The notes: generated from the sequence alone by a model not told the origin. A stretch of DNA of 64,000 bases from an uncultured Acidobacteriota bacterium (GCA_963847125.1 CAWJYM010000009.1:1106658-1170657); one strand, 5' to 3'; shown: positions 51,698 to 62,197, counted from the stretch's first letter. Numbers and translations: made by a program.

Positions 51698-54325
51698 CTA
51701 TCTCTCCGTCCCCAGGCGCGCCGGCCAGTTGACGAGCAGTTGCACCGGCGGTTCGGCCCTGCGCTCCTCGAGCTGCATCAGAAACCGCGCGCCGTCGGCG
51801 GACGGCTCGAAGTCGGACGCGTCGGCCGCCTGGAAGAGCAGGCGCGGCGCGCCGGTCGACGCGCCGCCGCTCATGGCCACGCTCATCAGCCGTCCGCCCG
51901 GGCCGAAAAAGAACAGTTCCTTGCCGTCGCGGCGCCACCGCGGACGCGTCCCGCCCTCCCTCGACAGCCGCGTCGACGGCGCCGCGCCCGCGAAGAGCCG
52001 CACGTAGATCTCGGGACGGCCGGAGATGTTCGATTCGTACGCCACCCACTTCCCGTCCGGTGAAAACCGCGGCGAGAACTCGTTGAAGGGCGTCGTCACG
52101 AAGGACCGCGCAGGACCGGGCGGTGCGAGCGGCAGGACGTGAATGTCCGCGGCGCCGGCCTGCCGGTGATCGACGAACAGCAGCCATTTCCCATCGAACG
52201 AAACATCCTGGGGCTCTTCGACGCCGGCGCCACGCTGGACGACCTCAAGGTCGTCCTGGCCGGGTGTCCACCGAACGATGTCCGGGGCTCCGCAGCAGTC
52301 GCTTCGGTAGTAGATCACCCGTCCATCCGGAGCCCAGACGGGGGCGATGTCGTCGTGCACTTTGAATGTCGCACGCTCGGAGCTGTCGCGTTCGAGATCG
52401 TAAATCCAGATGTCGGCGACGCCCTGCTTCGGATCGACGACGCTCGCGGCATAGCGATGGCCGTCAGGCGACAGGCGTCCCGGAGGCATGAACACCGCGC
52501 TGCCGACGGATCGGAGCTCGATTCCGGCGCGATCGATCCACGTCACGCGAGAAGGGCGGCGGGGCGACCGCCACACCAGAACGCCAGTATCCGAGACGCT
52601 GAAGGCTGCCAGCCCCGTATTGCGGAAATAGTGGATATCGTCGACGATCGGCTTCGCGTCGCCCGCAACGCGCCCATTGTCGAGATCGAACGGCTGCGCC
52701 AGCAAGGTGCCGTCACGAACATAGAGGAGATGCCCGCGGGCATAAACCGCGCGCGAATCGATCGTCAACGGCACGATTTTCTCTGCTTCCCCGTCGAGCG
52801 ACGCGACCCACAGCTCGTGCTCGATCGTCCCTTTCTCTCCTCCCTGGATCAGCCGGAGGTAGAGAAAGCGCCGGCCGCCGGGGAGGAAGTGAGGCCACCA
52901 CGGGAGATTCGTCGCCTGCCCCCCAGGAGAACGTGCAGGAATCACAAGCTCTGGTTTTCCCCCAGTCGCATTCACGCGGAAGATCCCGGAGGGGTCCGTC
53001 GAGTACTGAGTAAACAGGATCGTGTCGCCGTGCCACGCTGGCGTACCCTCGGGCCGGGCGTCGCACACGAGTCGCGGCGGCCCGCCGTCCACGGGCGCCG
53101 TCTTCAGTTTCCCCTCGGAGATATATGCGATCGCTCTTCCATCCGAAGACCACGCGACAGAAAACGTGTTCTGGGCGACTTGACGCGTGGCGCCCGAACG
53201 CAGGTCGCGCAGCCAGAGAGCGGGAACGCCGTCGGTATCCGTTCCATAGATGGCGAGGGACTGCCCGTCAGGCGACAGCGCCAGCGGCAGGGCAACTTCG
53301 TCGCGAAACACGTGCGCGATTTCGGGAGTTGCGACGGTTGCCTGAAATGAGGCCTCACTGCCGGTCGGCTGGCGCCGCCACGTGGCGAGCGCCACACTAA
53401 CGGCCAGCGCCACGACGCCGAGGCCGGCGATGACGGCCGGCCACCAGCCGCGTCGGGCGGCGGCGCCCGCGCCGGCGCCAACCTGCGAGCGAGCCGGCGC
53501 CACACTGAGCCGATGAAGATCGTGGGCGAGGTCGGCCGTCGAGCCGTAGCGGTCGTCCGGTTTCTTGGCGAGGCATCGCTCGACAATCCAGCCAAACGGC
53601 TCGTCCAGCGGCGCCGCCTCCTCGTTGATGATCGCCGCCATCGTCTCGACCGCCGTGGCGCGGCGGAATGGATGCGTGCCTGTGGCCAGCTCGTAGAGCA
53701 TCAGGCCGAGTGAAAAATGATCGGTGCGGAATTCGACCTCTTCGCCTCGAGCCTGCTCGGGCGACATGTAGTCGATCGTTCCGATGATCACTCCCGCCCG
53801 GCTCACCTGCAGTTCCGTCGGAGAATTCGCCGGACTGCTGAGAGGCGTGGCCTGCTTGACCAGACCGAAGTCGAGGATCTTCGCCTTCGCGTCGCCGACG
53901 ACCATCACGTTCTCCGGCTTGAGGTCGCGATGGACGATCCCGGCCGCGTGCGCCGCGGCCAGACCGTCGGCGATTCCGGCGCCGATCGCGAGCAGCCGCT
54001 TCGCCGGTACGGCCCCGCGCGACACGATGCCGCGCAGCGATTCGCCGCGCACGAGCTCCATCACGAGCCACGTCTCGCGTTCGTCGGCGGTGAAATCGTG
54101 GACGGTGACGATGTTGCCGTGATTGAGCGCCGACGCGCTCCGGGCTTCGCGCTCGAATCGCGCCAGGCGCTCCGGGTCGCGCGTCAGCTCGCGCGGCAGC
54201 ACTTTGATGGCGACCTCGCGGCCGAGCCGCGTATCGCGCGCGCGATAGACCTCCCCCATCCCGCCCGCGCCGATGGCGCTCGTGATCTCGTAGGGACCCA
54301 GACGGGAGCCGGTTTCGAGACGCAT
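51698..54325 (-). CDS. Ser/Thr protein kinase fused to a TolB/PD40 beta-propeller (paralogue 3)
   Basis: ATG at 54325 (MRLETGSRLGPYEITSAIGAGGMGEVYRARD). HRDLKPENVMV, DFGLVK, YMSPEQ. One TM (WWPAVIAGLGVVALAVSVALA). SPDG blades (LSPDGQSLAI, WSSDGRAIAY, LSPDGHRYAA, WAPDGRVIYY, FSPDGKWVAY). Confidence 0.92.
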   Translation of the reverse strand: MRLETGSRLGPYEITSAIGAGGMGEVYRARDTRLGREVAIKVLPRELTRDPERLARFEREARSASALNHGNIVTVHDFTADERETWLVMELVRGESLRGIVSRGAVPAKRLLAIGAGIADGLAAAHAAGIVHRDLKPENVMVVGDAKAKILDFGLVKQATPLSSPANSPTELQVSRAGVIIGTIDYMSPEQARGEEVEFRTDHFSLGLMLYELATGTHPFRRATAVETMAAIINEEAAPLDEPFGWIVERCLAKKPDDRYGSTADLAHDLHRLSVAPARSQVGAGAGAAARRGWWPAVIAGLGVVALAVSVALATWRRQPTGSEASFQATVATPEIAHVFRDEVALPLALSPDGQSLAIYGTDTDGVPALWLRDLRSGATRQVAQNTFSVAWSSDGRAIAYISEGKLKTAPVDGGPPRLVCDARPEGTPAWHGDTILFTQYSTDPSGIFRVNATGGKPELVIPARSPGGQATNLPWWPHFLPGGRRFLYLRLIQGGEKGTIEHELWVASLDGEAEKIVPLTIDSRAVYARGHLLYVRDGTLLAQPFDLDNGRVAGDAKPIVDDIHYFRNTGLAAFSVSDTGVLVWRSPRRPSRVTWIDRAGIELRSVGSAVFMPPGRLSPDGHRYAASVVDPKQGVADIWIYDLERDSSERATFKVHDDIAPVWAPDGRVIYYRSDCCGAPDIVRWTPGQDDLEVVQRGAGVEEPQDVSFDGKWLLFVDHRQAGAADIHVLPLAPPGPARSFVTTPFNEFSPRFSPDGKWVAYESNISGRPEIYVRLFAGAAPSTRLSREGGTRPRWRRDGKELFFFGPGGRLMSVAMSGGASTGAPRLLFQAADASDFEPSADGARFLMQLEERRAEPPVQLLVNWPARLGTER

Positions 54326-54471
54326 CGGTTCCGGAAGGCTATCACGCGCTACGGGTCGGCGATTCCAGAGCTCGAAACGGACGGAAGCGGAAGACATCTC
54401 ATGGAGCGCCGTCGTCGCCGCTTGACAAGACGTAGCCTTTTACGCTTTACTATGCAAAGTCCTTTCTGGTC

Positions 54472-55365
54472 ATGCGTCCAACCCGCGCCATCCGCATCAT
54501 CCGCGCCGAGCATCTCGGCATGTGCTTCGGCGTGCGCGACGCGATCGAACTGGCGCTGCGCCATGCCGAAGCCGCACCACTCACGATTCTCGGCGATCTC
54601 GTCCACAACTCCGCTGTCCTGGAGAACCTGCGGGCCAAGGGGATTGCCATCGCCCACGATCCCGCGCGCGTGACGACGCGCAGGGTGATGGTGACCGCAC
54701 ACGGTGCATCGGACCGAACGCTCGGCGACACTCGAGCGCTCGGCCTCGAGGTCGTCGAAGCGACGTGTCCCCTCGTCTCGGTGGCGCATCGGGCGGTCAG
54801 GGCCCTCGTACGCGACGGCTACCACCCCGTCATCATCGGCCAGCGCACGCATGTGGAGGTGCGGGGACTGACGGAAGACCTCGACGACTTCGACGTCGTG
54901 CTCGACGAGAGCGACGTGCCGGGACTGAAGGGCCACTCGCGGATTGGGATTGCCGCTCAGACAACCCAGCCGATCGAGAGAGTGCGGCACCTCGTCGCGC
55001 TGATTCGACGGCAATTCCCTCACTCCGACGTACGGTTCATCGACACGGTCTGCCGTCCGACCAAGGAGCGCCAGGAGGCGGCCGTCGAGTTGGCACGCAG
55101 TTGTGACCTCGTCATCGTGGTCGGTGGCGCGAACAGCAACAACACGCGTGAACTGGTCAACACCTGCAGCCGCTACTGTTCGCATGTGCATCACATCCAG
55201 ACGGAGGCGGATCTGCGCCCGGAATGGTTCGTCACGGCAGAGCGCGTGGGCCTCACCGCAGGTACGTCGACGCCGGACGACGTCATCGATCGGGTCGAGG
55301 GCCACATCCGAGAGCTCGCCGCCGAGCGAGACGGTCGTCCGGCCGAAGCAAGGGACGCCTCATGA
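54472..55365 (+). CDS. ispH: 4-hydroxy-3-methylbut-2-enyl diphosphate reductase
   Basis: The three cluster cysteines sit in the family contexts GMCFGV, EATCPLV and DTVCRPT. HNSAVLENL and VVGGANSNNTREL. Confidence 0.92.
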   Translation: MRPTRAIRIIRAEHLGMCFGVRDAIELALRHAEAAPLTILGDLVHNSAVLENLRAKGIAIAHDPARVTTRRVMVTAHGASDRTLGDTRALGLEVVEATCPLVSVAHRAVRALVRDGYHPVIIGQRTHVEVRGLTEDLDDFDVVLDESDVPGLKGHSRIGIAAQTTQPIERVRHLVALIRRQFPHSDVRFIDTVCRPTKERQEAAVELARSCDLVIVVGGANSNNTRELVNTCSRYCSHVHHIQTEADLRPEWFVTAERVGLTAGTSTPDDVIDRVEGHIRELAAERDGRPAEARDAS

Positions 55366-56069
55366 AGGTACCGGCCCGCACACGCTGGTTGGTCGTCGCG
55401 GCGTTTGCCGTCGCCATGGCCTGGCTCGAGGCGGCCACCGTCCTCTATCTTCGCGTCCTGGTCGATCGTGTTCAGCCTTACCAGCCAAATCCACTGCCGA
55501 TCCGCGGAGACCTGGGACCCGTCGAGCTCGTCCGCGAGGCCGCAACCCTCGTCATGCTGCTCACCGTCGGCATGCTGGCGGGCCGGACGTGGCAGACGCG
55601 ATTTGGTTACAGCGCGATCGCGTTCGGTGTCTGGGACATTTTCTACTACGTGTTTCTCAAAGCCATGTGTGGCTGGCCGACGTCGCTGTTCGACTGGGAC
55701 ATCCTCTTCCTGCTGCCGCTGCCGTGGTGGGGGCCCGTGCTCGCGCCCGTCTCTATCGCTGTGCTGATGATCCTGTGGGGAACGCTCGTCACCCAGCGGA
55801 CCGCTGAACGCGCTCTGAGCTCAGTCCCGTCGATAGGGGTTTCGGGCTGGATCGGGATCGCGTTGGCGCTTTATGCGTTCATGGCCGACGCGCTTCACGT
55901 CGTGCATCAGGGCATTGATGCGACAAGGACCGTGTTGCCGACGACCTTCAATTGGCCGGTGTTCGTCGTGGCGCTCACGCTCATGGCCGCGCCGGTCGCG
56001 AAGGAGATTTGGTCCCGTTTCCAGGGCGTCCTGGCCCTCGTTCGGCCTCTCTGGCCCCATCGGGGTTGA
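55362..56069 (+). CDS. Integral membrane protein of unknown function, translationally coupled to ispH (ATGA overlap)
   Basis: ATG 55362 overlaps the ispH TGA. About six hydrophobic helices (WLVVAAFAVAMAWLEAATVLYL, ATLVMLLTVGMLAG, AFGVWDIFYYVFL, PVLAPVSIAVLMILWG and others). Confidence 0.65.
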   Translation: MKVPARTRWLVVAAFAVAMAWLEAATVLYLRVLVDRVQPYQPNPLPIRGDLGPVELVREAATLVMLLTVGMLAGRTWQTRFGYSAIAFGVWDIFYYVFLKAMCGWPTSLFDWDILFLLPLPWWGPVLAPVSIAVLMILWGTLVTQRTAERALSSVPSIGVSGWIGIALALYAFMADALHVVHQGIDATRTVLPTTFNWPVFVVALTLMAAPVAKEIWSRFQGVLALVRPLWPHRG

Positions 56070-56125
56070 AGCGAGCCGGATCCGCCTGTAGCCTCGGGCG
56101 GAACTCCGACCACAAGAGAGGTTCC

Positions 56126-57595
56126 ATGATCAGCACCCCGATCAGGCAGAAGGTCGCCGGCGTCCTCATGTTCGCGGGCCTGGCCCCCGCGGCGTTTCTC
56201 GTCGCGCAGGCGCAGACGAACGACAAGATCCCGATCACGACGGCATCGGCGGAGGCGCGCGACCTGTATCTCAAGGGCCGCGACCTGGCCGAGAAGCTCC
56301 GAGCCACCGACGCCCGCCGCTTCTACGAGCAGGCCGTGCAGACAGACAAGACGTTCGCGCTCGGGTACGTGGGCCTCGCGAATACGTCCGGCACGAACAG
56401 GCAGTTCATCGACGCCGTCACCCAGGCGGCCGCTCTGGCCGGGTCCGCCAGCCCGGGCGAGCAGCACATCATCCGCGGCCTGGAAGCGAACATGAAAGGC
56501 GATCCGGCGGGCGTGTTGACCCACTACACGGAGCTGGTGCGTCTCTTCCCGAACGACGAACGGGCGCTGACGCTCCTCGGCAACACGTACTTCGGCCGGC
56601 AGGAGTATGAGTCGGCCATCACGAATTTCACGAAGGCCACCGGCATCAACCCGTCCTTCTCGCAGCCGTACAATCAGCTCGGATACGCGTATCGATTCCT
56701 CGAGAAGTTCGACGCCGCGGAGAAGGCGTTCAAGAAGTACACGGAGCTCATTCCCGGCGATCCGAACCCCTACGACTCGTATGCCGAGCTGCTGATGAAA
56801 GTCGGGCGCTTCGACGAGTCGATCAAGATGTACGACAAGGCGCTGGCGATCGATCCGAACTTCATCGCCTCCCACATCGGCATCGGCAGCAACTACCTGG
56901 CGATGGGTAAACCCGATCAGGCGCGCAAGGCGTTCGCGACGATCGCTTCGGTCGCGCGCACGACCGGCGAGCGGCGGACGGCGCACTTCTGGGCCGCGGC
57001 GTCCTACGTCCACGAAGGGGCGACGGACAAGGCGCTCGAAGAGCTCCGCGCCGGCTACGCGCTCGCGCAGGCGGAGCAGGACAATGGCTCGATGTCGGGC
57101 GATCTGACGCAGATGGGCGACGTGCTCCGCGAGGCGGGCCGGCCGGCGGAGGCGCTCGCAAAGTACGAAGAAGCCGTGGCGGTCATCGACAAGGCGTCGG
57201 TGCCGGAAGAAGTGAAGCAGGCCACGCGGCGCACGCACGTGTTCGAGGAAGGGCGCGTCGCGGTCGTGAAGAACGATCTGGCCACCGCCAGGGCGAAGTC
57301 GGCCGAGTACGCGCGCCAGGTGGCGCCGAAGAAGCGGCCGTTCGAGGTCCGCCAGCAGCACGAGCTCGCCGGCATGATCGCGCTGGCGGAAAAGGACTAT
57401 TCGACCGCCGTCACCGAGCTTCAGGCCGCCAATCAGCAGGATCCGCGGATCCTGTACTTCCTCGCGCTGGCGTCGAAAGGCGCGGGCGACGCGTCGCGTG
57501 CCACGACGTTCGCGGCGAAGGCGGCGAACTTCAACGGTTTGAGCTTCAACTACGGGTACGTCAGAGCGAAGGCGCGCAAGATCAGCGGCACGTAG
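56126..57595 (+). CDS. Secreted tetratricopeptide-repeat protein
   Basis: ATG 56126. Signal peptide VAGVLMFAGLAPAAFLVAQAQ. Multiple TPR-like units (ALTLLGNTYFGRQEYESAITNFTKATGINP; PYNQLGYAYRFLEKFDAAEKAFKKYTELIP; SYAELLMKVGRFDESIKMYDKALAIDP). Confidence 0.85.
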   Translation: MISTPIRQKVAGVLMFAGLAPAAFLVAQAQTNDKIPITTASAEARDLYLKGRDLAEKLRATDARRFYEQAVQTDKTFALGYVGLANTSGTNRQFIDAVTQAAALAGSASPGEQHIIRGLEANMKGDPAGVLTHYTELVRLFPNDERALTLLGNTYFGRQEYESAITNFTKATGINPSFSQPYNQLGYAYRFLEKFDAAEKAFKKYTELIPGDPNPYDSYAELLMKVGRFDESIKMYDKALAIDPNFIASHIGIGSNYLAMGKPDQARKAFATIASVARTTGERRTAHFWAAASYVHEGATDKALEELRAGYALAQAEQDNGSMSGDLTQMGDVLREAGRPAEALAKYEEAVAVIDKASVPEEVKQATRRTHVFEEGRVAVVKNDLATARAKSAEYARQVAPKKRPFEVRQQHELAGMIALAEKDYSTAVTELQAANQQDPRILYFLALASKGAGDASRATTFAAKAANFNGLSFNYGYVRAKARKISGT

Positions 57596-57649
57596 TCCTC
57601 AGCTCCATGTCAGACGTTGTCCAGCCGCCCTCTCCTCAACGTTTAGTCA

Positions 57650-58282
57650 GTGAAGAGAGGGCGGCACATGACAAGTCTGAGGATCTCGGCGGTTCTCGTG
57701 TCGGTTCTGGCGCTCGGTCTCGCTGGTCCGGGGCTGAATGCCCGTGACAACGATGACAACCATGGCAACAACGGCAAGACGCCTGCCAGCATCACGGTGG
57801 CGTTTGGCACCGGTCTGAACAACTCGCAAGCCGGCAGCACACCAAACCATCACATCATCCCGCAGGAGTTCAGGGTTCGCATCACGAAAGCCCGGAAACT
57901 CGACGGGACGGTGGTCGACGTCCCGGCGACGGTCACGTTCATCATCGCCGGATTCCACTGGCCGTGGGTGTACCAGCCGGAGGTCACGTTGCAGGAGGTC
58001 GCGGCCAACATTCCCGCCGCGGGACCGTTCGTCGACTATGAGGTGGTCACCGACGGTGTCAGCAACGTGTTTGCCAAGGGGGTCTACCCAGGCACTCCGG
58101 CGGCGGGCTTCAAAGACGGGGCCGCCTTCCCGCTGTCGCCCACGCAGAACCGCACGGACACACTCGCCTTCCCGACCCCGGGCAAGTACCTCGTCATCTG
58201 CAACGTGCGCGGCCATTTCATCGACGGCATGTACGCGTGGATCCGGGTCGTGGACGACGACGACGACCACCACGACCACTAA
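57650..58282 (+). CDS. Secreted cupredoxin-like protein with an acidic/His C-terminal tail (alternative start ATG 57668)
   Basis: Signal peptide SLRISAVLVSVLALGLAGPGLNA. Type-1 copper-like ligand spacing C-x4-H-x4-M in GKYLVICNVRGHFIDGMYAWIRV, with upstream PNHHIIP. Tail VVDDDDDHHDH. Confidence 0.65.
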   Translation: MKRGRHMTSLRISAVLVSVLALGLAGPGLNARDNDDNHGNNGKTPASITVAFGTGLNNSQAGSTPNHHIIPQEFRVRITKARKLDGTVVDVPATVTFIIAGFHWPWVYQPEVTLQEVAANIPAAGPFVDYEVVTDGVSNVFAKGVYPGTPAAGFKDGAAFPLSPTQNRTDTLAFPTPGKYLVICNVRGHFIDGMYAWIRVVDDDDDHHDH

Positions 58283-58329
58283 TCCCCGGTGTCTCGAGTT
58301 CGGCGCGTCTCAGGCTGGTCCCGATTCAA

Positions 58330-58359
58330 TTGACGGGACCATGTCTGTCCACATACTAT
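58330..58359 (+). promoter_or_regulatory. Candidate padR promoter (TTGACG-N18-TACTAT) ending 6 nt before the ATG, overlapping an imperfect inverted repeat
   Basis: TTGACG 58330-58335, TACTAT 58354-58359, ATG 58366 (leaderless geometry). TGTCCA ... ATCTGT / ACAGAT ... TGGACA dyad spans 58345-58380. Confidence 0.4.
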
Positions 58360-58365
58360 CTGTTC

Positions 58366-58719
58366 ATGACAGATATGGACACCCGCGCGCTCGACCGCGA
58401 GCTGAAGCGCGGATCGGCAGAGCTCCTGATCCTGTCGCTGCTCGACGCGCGGCCGCGGCACGGCTACGACCTCAGCAAGCTGATCCAGACTCGTTCACGC
58501 GGTCAGCTGAAGTTCCACATCGATTCCCTGTACCCGCTGCTCTACCGGCTCGAGGAGCGCGGCTGGATCAAGGGCGCGTGGGTCGAGAAAGCGGGCGAGC
58601 GCCGCCGCCGGTTCTACAAGGTCACCGCGGAAGGCCGCCGCGTGCTGGCCCGGCAGCGGCGGACCTGGGCCGCCTTCGTGGAAGCGGTCCGGCGCGTCAC
58701 GGGGGACGACCATGCCTAG
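58366..58719 (+). CDS. PadR-family transcriptional regulator
   Basis: LKRGSAELLILSLLDARPRHGYDLSKLIQ ... SLYPLLYRLEERGWIKGAWVEKAGERRRRFYKVTAEGRRVL is a winged-helix PadR sequence. Confidence 0.92.
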   Translation: MTDMDTRALDRELKRGSAELLILSLLDARPRHGYDLSKLIQTRSRGQLKFHIDSLYPLLYRLEERGWIKGAWVEKAGERRRRFYKVTAEGRRVLARQRRTWAAFVEAVRRVTGDDHA

Positions 58720-61406
58720 CTGGGAGCGACACGTGCGGCCGCGGCTTTCGTCGCTGCGCCTCTCCCCCGCGCGCGAGAGCCGAGATCGTCGACGAGCTTT
58801 CACAACATCTGGACGACCGGTATCGAGAGTTGATCGCCGCCGGGGCATCCCCGGAGGAGGCCGAGACGTCGGCACTCGCCGAGTTCAGAGACGGGAACGT
58901 CCTGGCGCGCTACATGGCGCCGCTGCGGCAATCGCACGCGCCGGAGCCCGTCACGCCGGCCGCGCCCACCGGCCGCGTGACCCGCGACCTCTGGCAGGAC
59001 CTGCGATACGCGGCGCGCACGCTGCGACGACAGCCCGGCTTCACGATCGCGGCCGTCCTGACGCTTGCGGTCGGGATCGGATCGAACGCGGCGATATTCA
59101 CCGTCGTCAACGCGGTGCTGCTGCGGCCGCTGCCGTTTCCCGCGAGCGATCAACTCGTCGCGCTCTATACGCGCTACCTTCCCGCGACCGGGTACGACTT
59201 TCCGTACTTCTCGCTGTCGGGTCCGGAGTTCGCCGACGTCCGCGCCCGCGCCGACGCGTTTGCCGGAGTCGCCGCGTATACCTTCAGCAACAGCAACCTG
59301 ACGCGCGAGAACGGCGAAGCGGAGCGCGTCCTCACGATGCCGGTGACGTCGGACTTCTTCGAGGTGCTCGGCGTCAGGCCCGTTCGCGGGCGGACGTTCA
59401 CCGAGGACGAAGCGCAGCGGCGCGAAGGATGCGTCGCCCTTCTGGGTCACGACGCTCTCGGAGCACACCCCCGTCGGCTCCACCATCAGGCTCGACGATG
59501 CGCCGTGCGAGGTGATCGGCGCGATGCCCGACGGCTTCGGGTTTCGTGACGATCGCGTGAGGATCTGGACCGCGCTGAGGATCGACACGGACGAAACGAC
59601 TCGAGCGAACCATCCGCTGCTGGTGATCGCCCGGCTGCGCGATGGCTTTTCGGCGGAACAGGCCGACGCGCAGCTTCAGTCTCTGCGCGCGTACTGGTCG
59701 GAGAACTATCCCGATCACTACGCCAAGGGACACTTCGCGATCAGCCGATCGCTGCACGAGGACATCGCCGGCGACGAGCGCGACGCGCTGCTGATTCTCG
59801 GCGGCGCCGTCCTGTTCGTGCTGCTCATCGTCTGCGTCAACCTGGCGGCGCTGCTCGTGTCGAAGGGGGAAGGCCGGCGGCGCGAGTTCGCGCTGCGCCA
59901 TGCGCTCGGGGCGAACCGCGGACGCCTGGTCCGGCAGCTGATCGCCGAGGCGATGCTGCTGGCCGCCGTCGGAGGCCTCCTCGGCGTCGCGCTCGCCGAC
60001 GCGATGCTCACGGGTCTGCTCGCTCTGTATCCTCAACGGCTGCCCGTGTGGCAGCCGATTGCGATCGATTACCCGGCGCTGGCCTACACCGGCGCGGTGG
60101 TCATCCTGACCGGGTTTCTGGTCGGCCTCGTCCCGGCGCTGAACGCGACCGGCAAGCGGATCCAGGAGACGCTGAGAAGCGAGTCGCGTGCGACGGCGTC
60201 GCGCCGCGCGGTCGCCGCCCGTTCCGTGCTCGTCGTCAGCCAGCTGGCGTTGAGCGTCATCCTGCTCGTCGGCGCGCTTCTGCTGATGCGCTCGTATCAC
60301 CGGCTCCAGCAGGTCGATCTCGGCATCGACCCGGAACACGTCCTGACGTTCAGCGTGTCGGTCCCGCCGGGGCGCCAGCCGGATCCTGCCGCCGCGCGAC
60401 GAACGCTGTCGTCGATCGAGGCACGGCTCGCGGCCACACCAGGCGTGCACAGCGCGGGCGCCGTGTCGAATCTTCCGCTGGCGTCGGCCGGGCCTCCGGA
60501 TGATTTCTCGATCGACGGCCGGCCCGCGCCGCCGCCCGGAGCGCCCGCCTGGAACGCGCGATACATCATGACGACGCCGCGAATGTTTGCAGCGCTTGGC
60601 ATCCCGTTGAAGCGTGGACGGCTGCTCGCCGACGAGCGACGTTCCCGGGCAGCCGCTCGTGGCGGTGATCAACGAAACCGCCGCCCGTCTCTACTGGCCC
60701 GACGAGGATCCGGTCGGAAGGACGATTCGCTACGAGCCGCGGGAGACAGACGGTGATTCGAATCGTGGGAATCGCCGGCGACGTCCGGTCGATGGGCGCC
60801 AACGTGCCGGCTCCGCCTGTCGTGTACGTCCCGCTCGAACAGGCGCCCCGCCCGGCCTACGAGGGGCGCACGATGACGTTCGTCGTACGCGTGCCAGGGA
60901 ACCCGGTTGATGCCACCGCGTCGGCGCGCGCGGCGGTCGCGTCGATCGACGCCGGGCTGCCTCTGGCGAACGTCCGGCCGATGTCCGACGTCGTCTTTGA
61001 GGCGGCGGGTCAGCCGCGGTTCACGACGCTGGTCATGTCTTTCTTCGCCGGCGTCGCGTTCTTCCTCGGCGCGCTCGGCCTCTACGGCATCCTTGCGTAT
61101 AACGTGGAACAGCGGATCCGCGAAATCGGCGTCCGCGTCGCGCTCGGCGCCGGCCGGCGCGAGATCTTCGGGCTGATCATCGGCGACGGCATGAGCCTCG
61201 CCGCGATCGGCATCCTCGTCGGCGTCCCCGCCGCGCTGGCGCTGTCGCGGCTGATGACGGGGCTGCTGTCCGGCGTCACGAGCTCCGATCCCCTGACCTA
61301 CATCGCGGTCGTGACGATGCTGGGAGGCTCGGCGCTGCTGGCGAGCTATCTGCCGGCGCGGCGCGCCACGCGCATCGATCCCCTCGTGGCGCTGCGCGCG
61401 GAGTGA
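58712..61406 (+). pseudogene. Duplicated MacB/FtsX-type permease (acidobacterial ADOP type) interrupted by at least four +1 frameshifts
   Basis: MPSWERHVRPRLSSLRLSPARE (frame 2), AEIVDELSQHLDDRYRELIAAG ... LRYAARTLRRQPGFTIAAVLTLAVGIG (frame 0), SEHTPVGSTIRLDDAPCEVIGAMPDGFGF ... FtsX TM block (frame 1), SDVPGQPLVAVINETAARLYWPDEDPVGRTIRY (frame 2), VIRIVGIAGDVRSMG ... second FtsX block ... IDPLVALRAE (frame 0). Confidence 0.85.
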
Positions 61407-61470
61407 GCCCCGACGCGCCGAAATACGCGAGCGCCCACGTTATAGTACTTAAGCATGATATAGTATCGTC

Positions 61471-61794
61471 GTGCCGAAGAAAGCCGTCTCGCTCACCCTC
61501 GACGAGAGCAACCTGCTCTGGCTGAAGGGCCGCGGATACGGCCATGGCAACCTCAGCGCCGCGGTCGATGACCTGATCACGGCGGCGCGCGCGGGCCAGC
61601 TCGGGGTGCCAGCCGCCGCACGGAGCGTCGTCGGCACTATCGATCTCGCAGCCGACGACCCGGGGCTCGAGGGCGCGGATCGCACGGTGCGTGATCTCTT
61701 CGCCGCGTCGCTCGCGCGGCCGTTTCGGGTCTCTGAAGCACGCGCGTCTTACGAGCCGGTTCGGCGCGTCAAGCGCTCACGCCGTCGTGGCTGA
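61471..61794 (+). CDS. Type II antitoxin partner of the PIN toxin (VapB-like)
   Basis: GTG start 6 nt after TATAGT (61459-61464). MPKKAVSLTLDESNLLWLKGRGYGHGNLSAAVDDLI. The stop overlaps the toxin start by 8 nt. Confidence 0.7.
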   Translation: MPKKAVSLTLDESNLLWLKGRGYGHGNLSAAVDDLITAARAGQLGVPAAARSVVGTIDLAADDPGLEGADRTVRDLFAASLARPFRVSEARASYEPVRRVKRSRRRG

Positions 61795-62194
61795 TCTCCC
61801 CGCAGCCGTCACCGACACGCACGCCCTGCTCTTCCACGCCGCGGCCAGCCGGGTGTTGGGCCGTCGAGCGGCGGCACACTTCGACGCCTGCGAGCGCCAG
61901 CAGGGGCTCGTGTACGTGCCGATGGCCGTGATCTGGGAAGTGAGTCTCCTGGCGCGTGCCAGCCGGATCAACCTGCGGCGTCCGATTCGAAGCTTCTTCG
62001 ACGATCTCTTCAGCAACCCGGCGTATCACCCGTTCGACCTGACACCCGAGCAGGTCTATCTGGCCGACGATCTGCGATTCACGCGCGATCCGTTCGACGC
62101 GCTCATCGTCGCGGCGACACAAACGCTGGCGCTGCCGCTCCTGACACGCGACGCGGACATTCGCGCGTCGGGCGCCGTTCGCGTCATCTGGTAG
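61787..62194 (+). CDS. vapC: PIN-domain ribonuclease toxin (VapC-like)
   Basis: GTG 61787. Acidic PIN residues in the contexts AVTDTHALLF, VIWEVSLL, DPFDALIVAAT and LLTRDADI. Confidence 0.8.
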   Translation: MADLPAAVTDTHALLFHAAASRVLGRRAAAHFDACERQQGLVYVPMAVIWEVSLLARASRINLRRPIRSFFDDLFSNPAYHPFDLTPEQVYLADDLRFTRDPFDALIVAATQTLALPLLTRDADIRASGAVRVIW

Positions 62195-62197
62195 GCA

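Noticed and set aside
55907-57361. 484-aa minus-strand ORF opposite the TPR protein gene; likewise 38249-39346 opposite pgm and 21399-22913 opposite coxL
   Set aside because: Shadow ORFs with Arg/Leu/Asp-rich composition. The opposite strands encode recognisable proteins.
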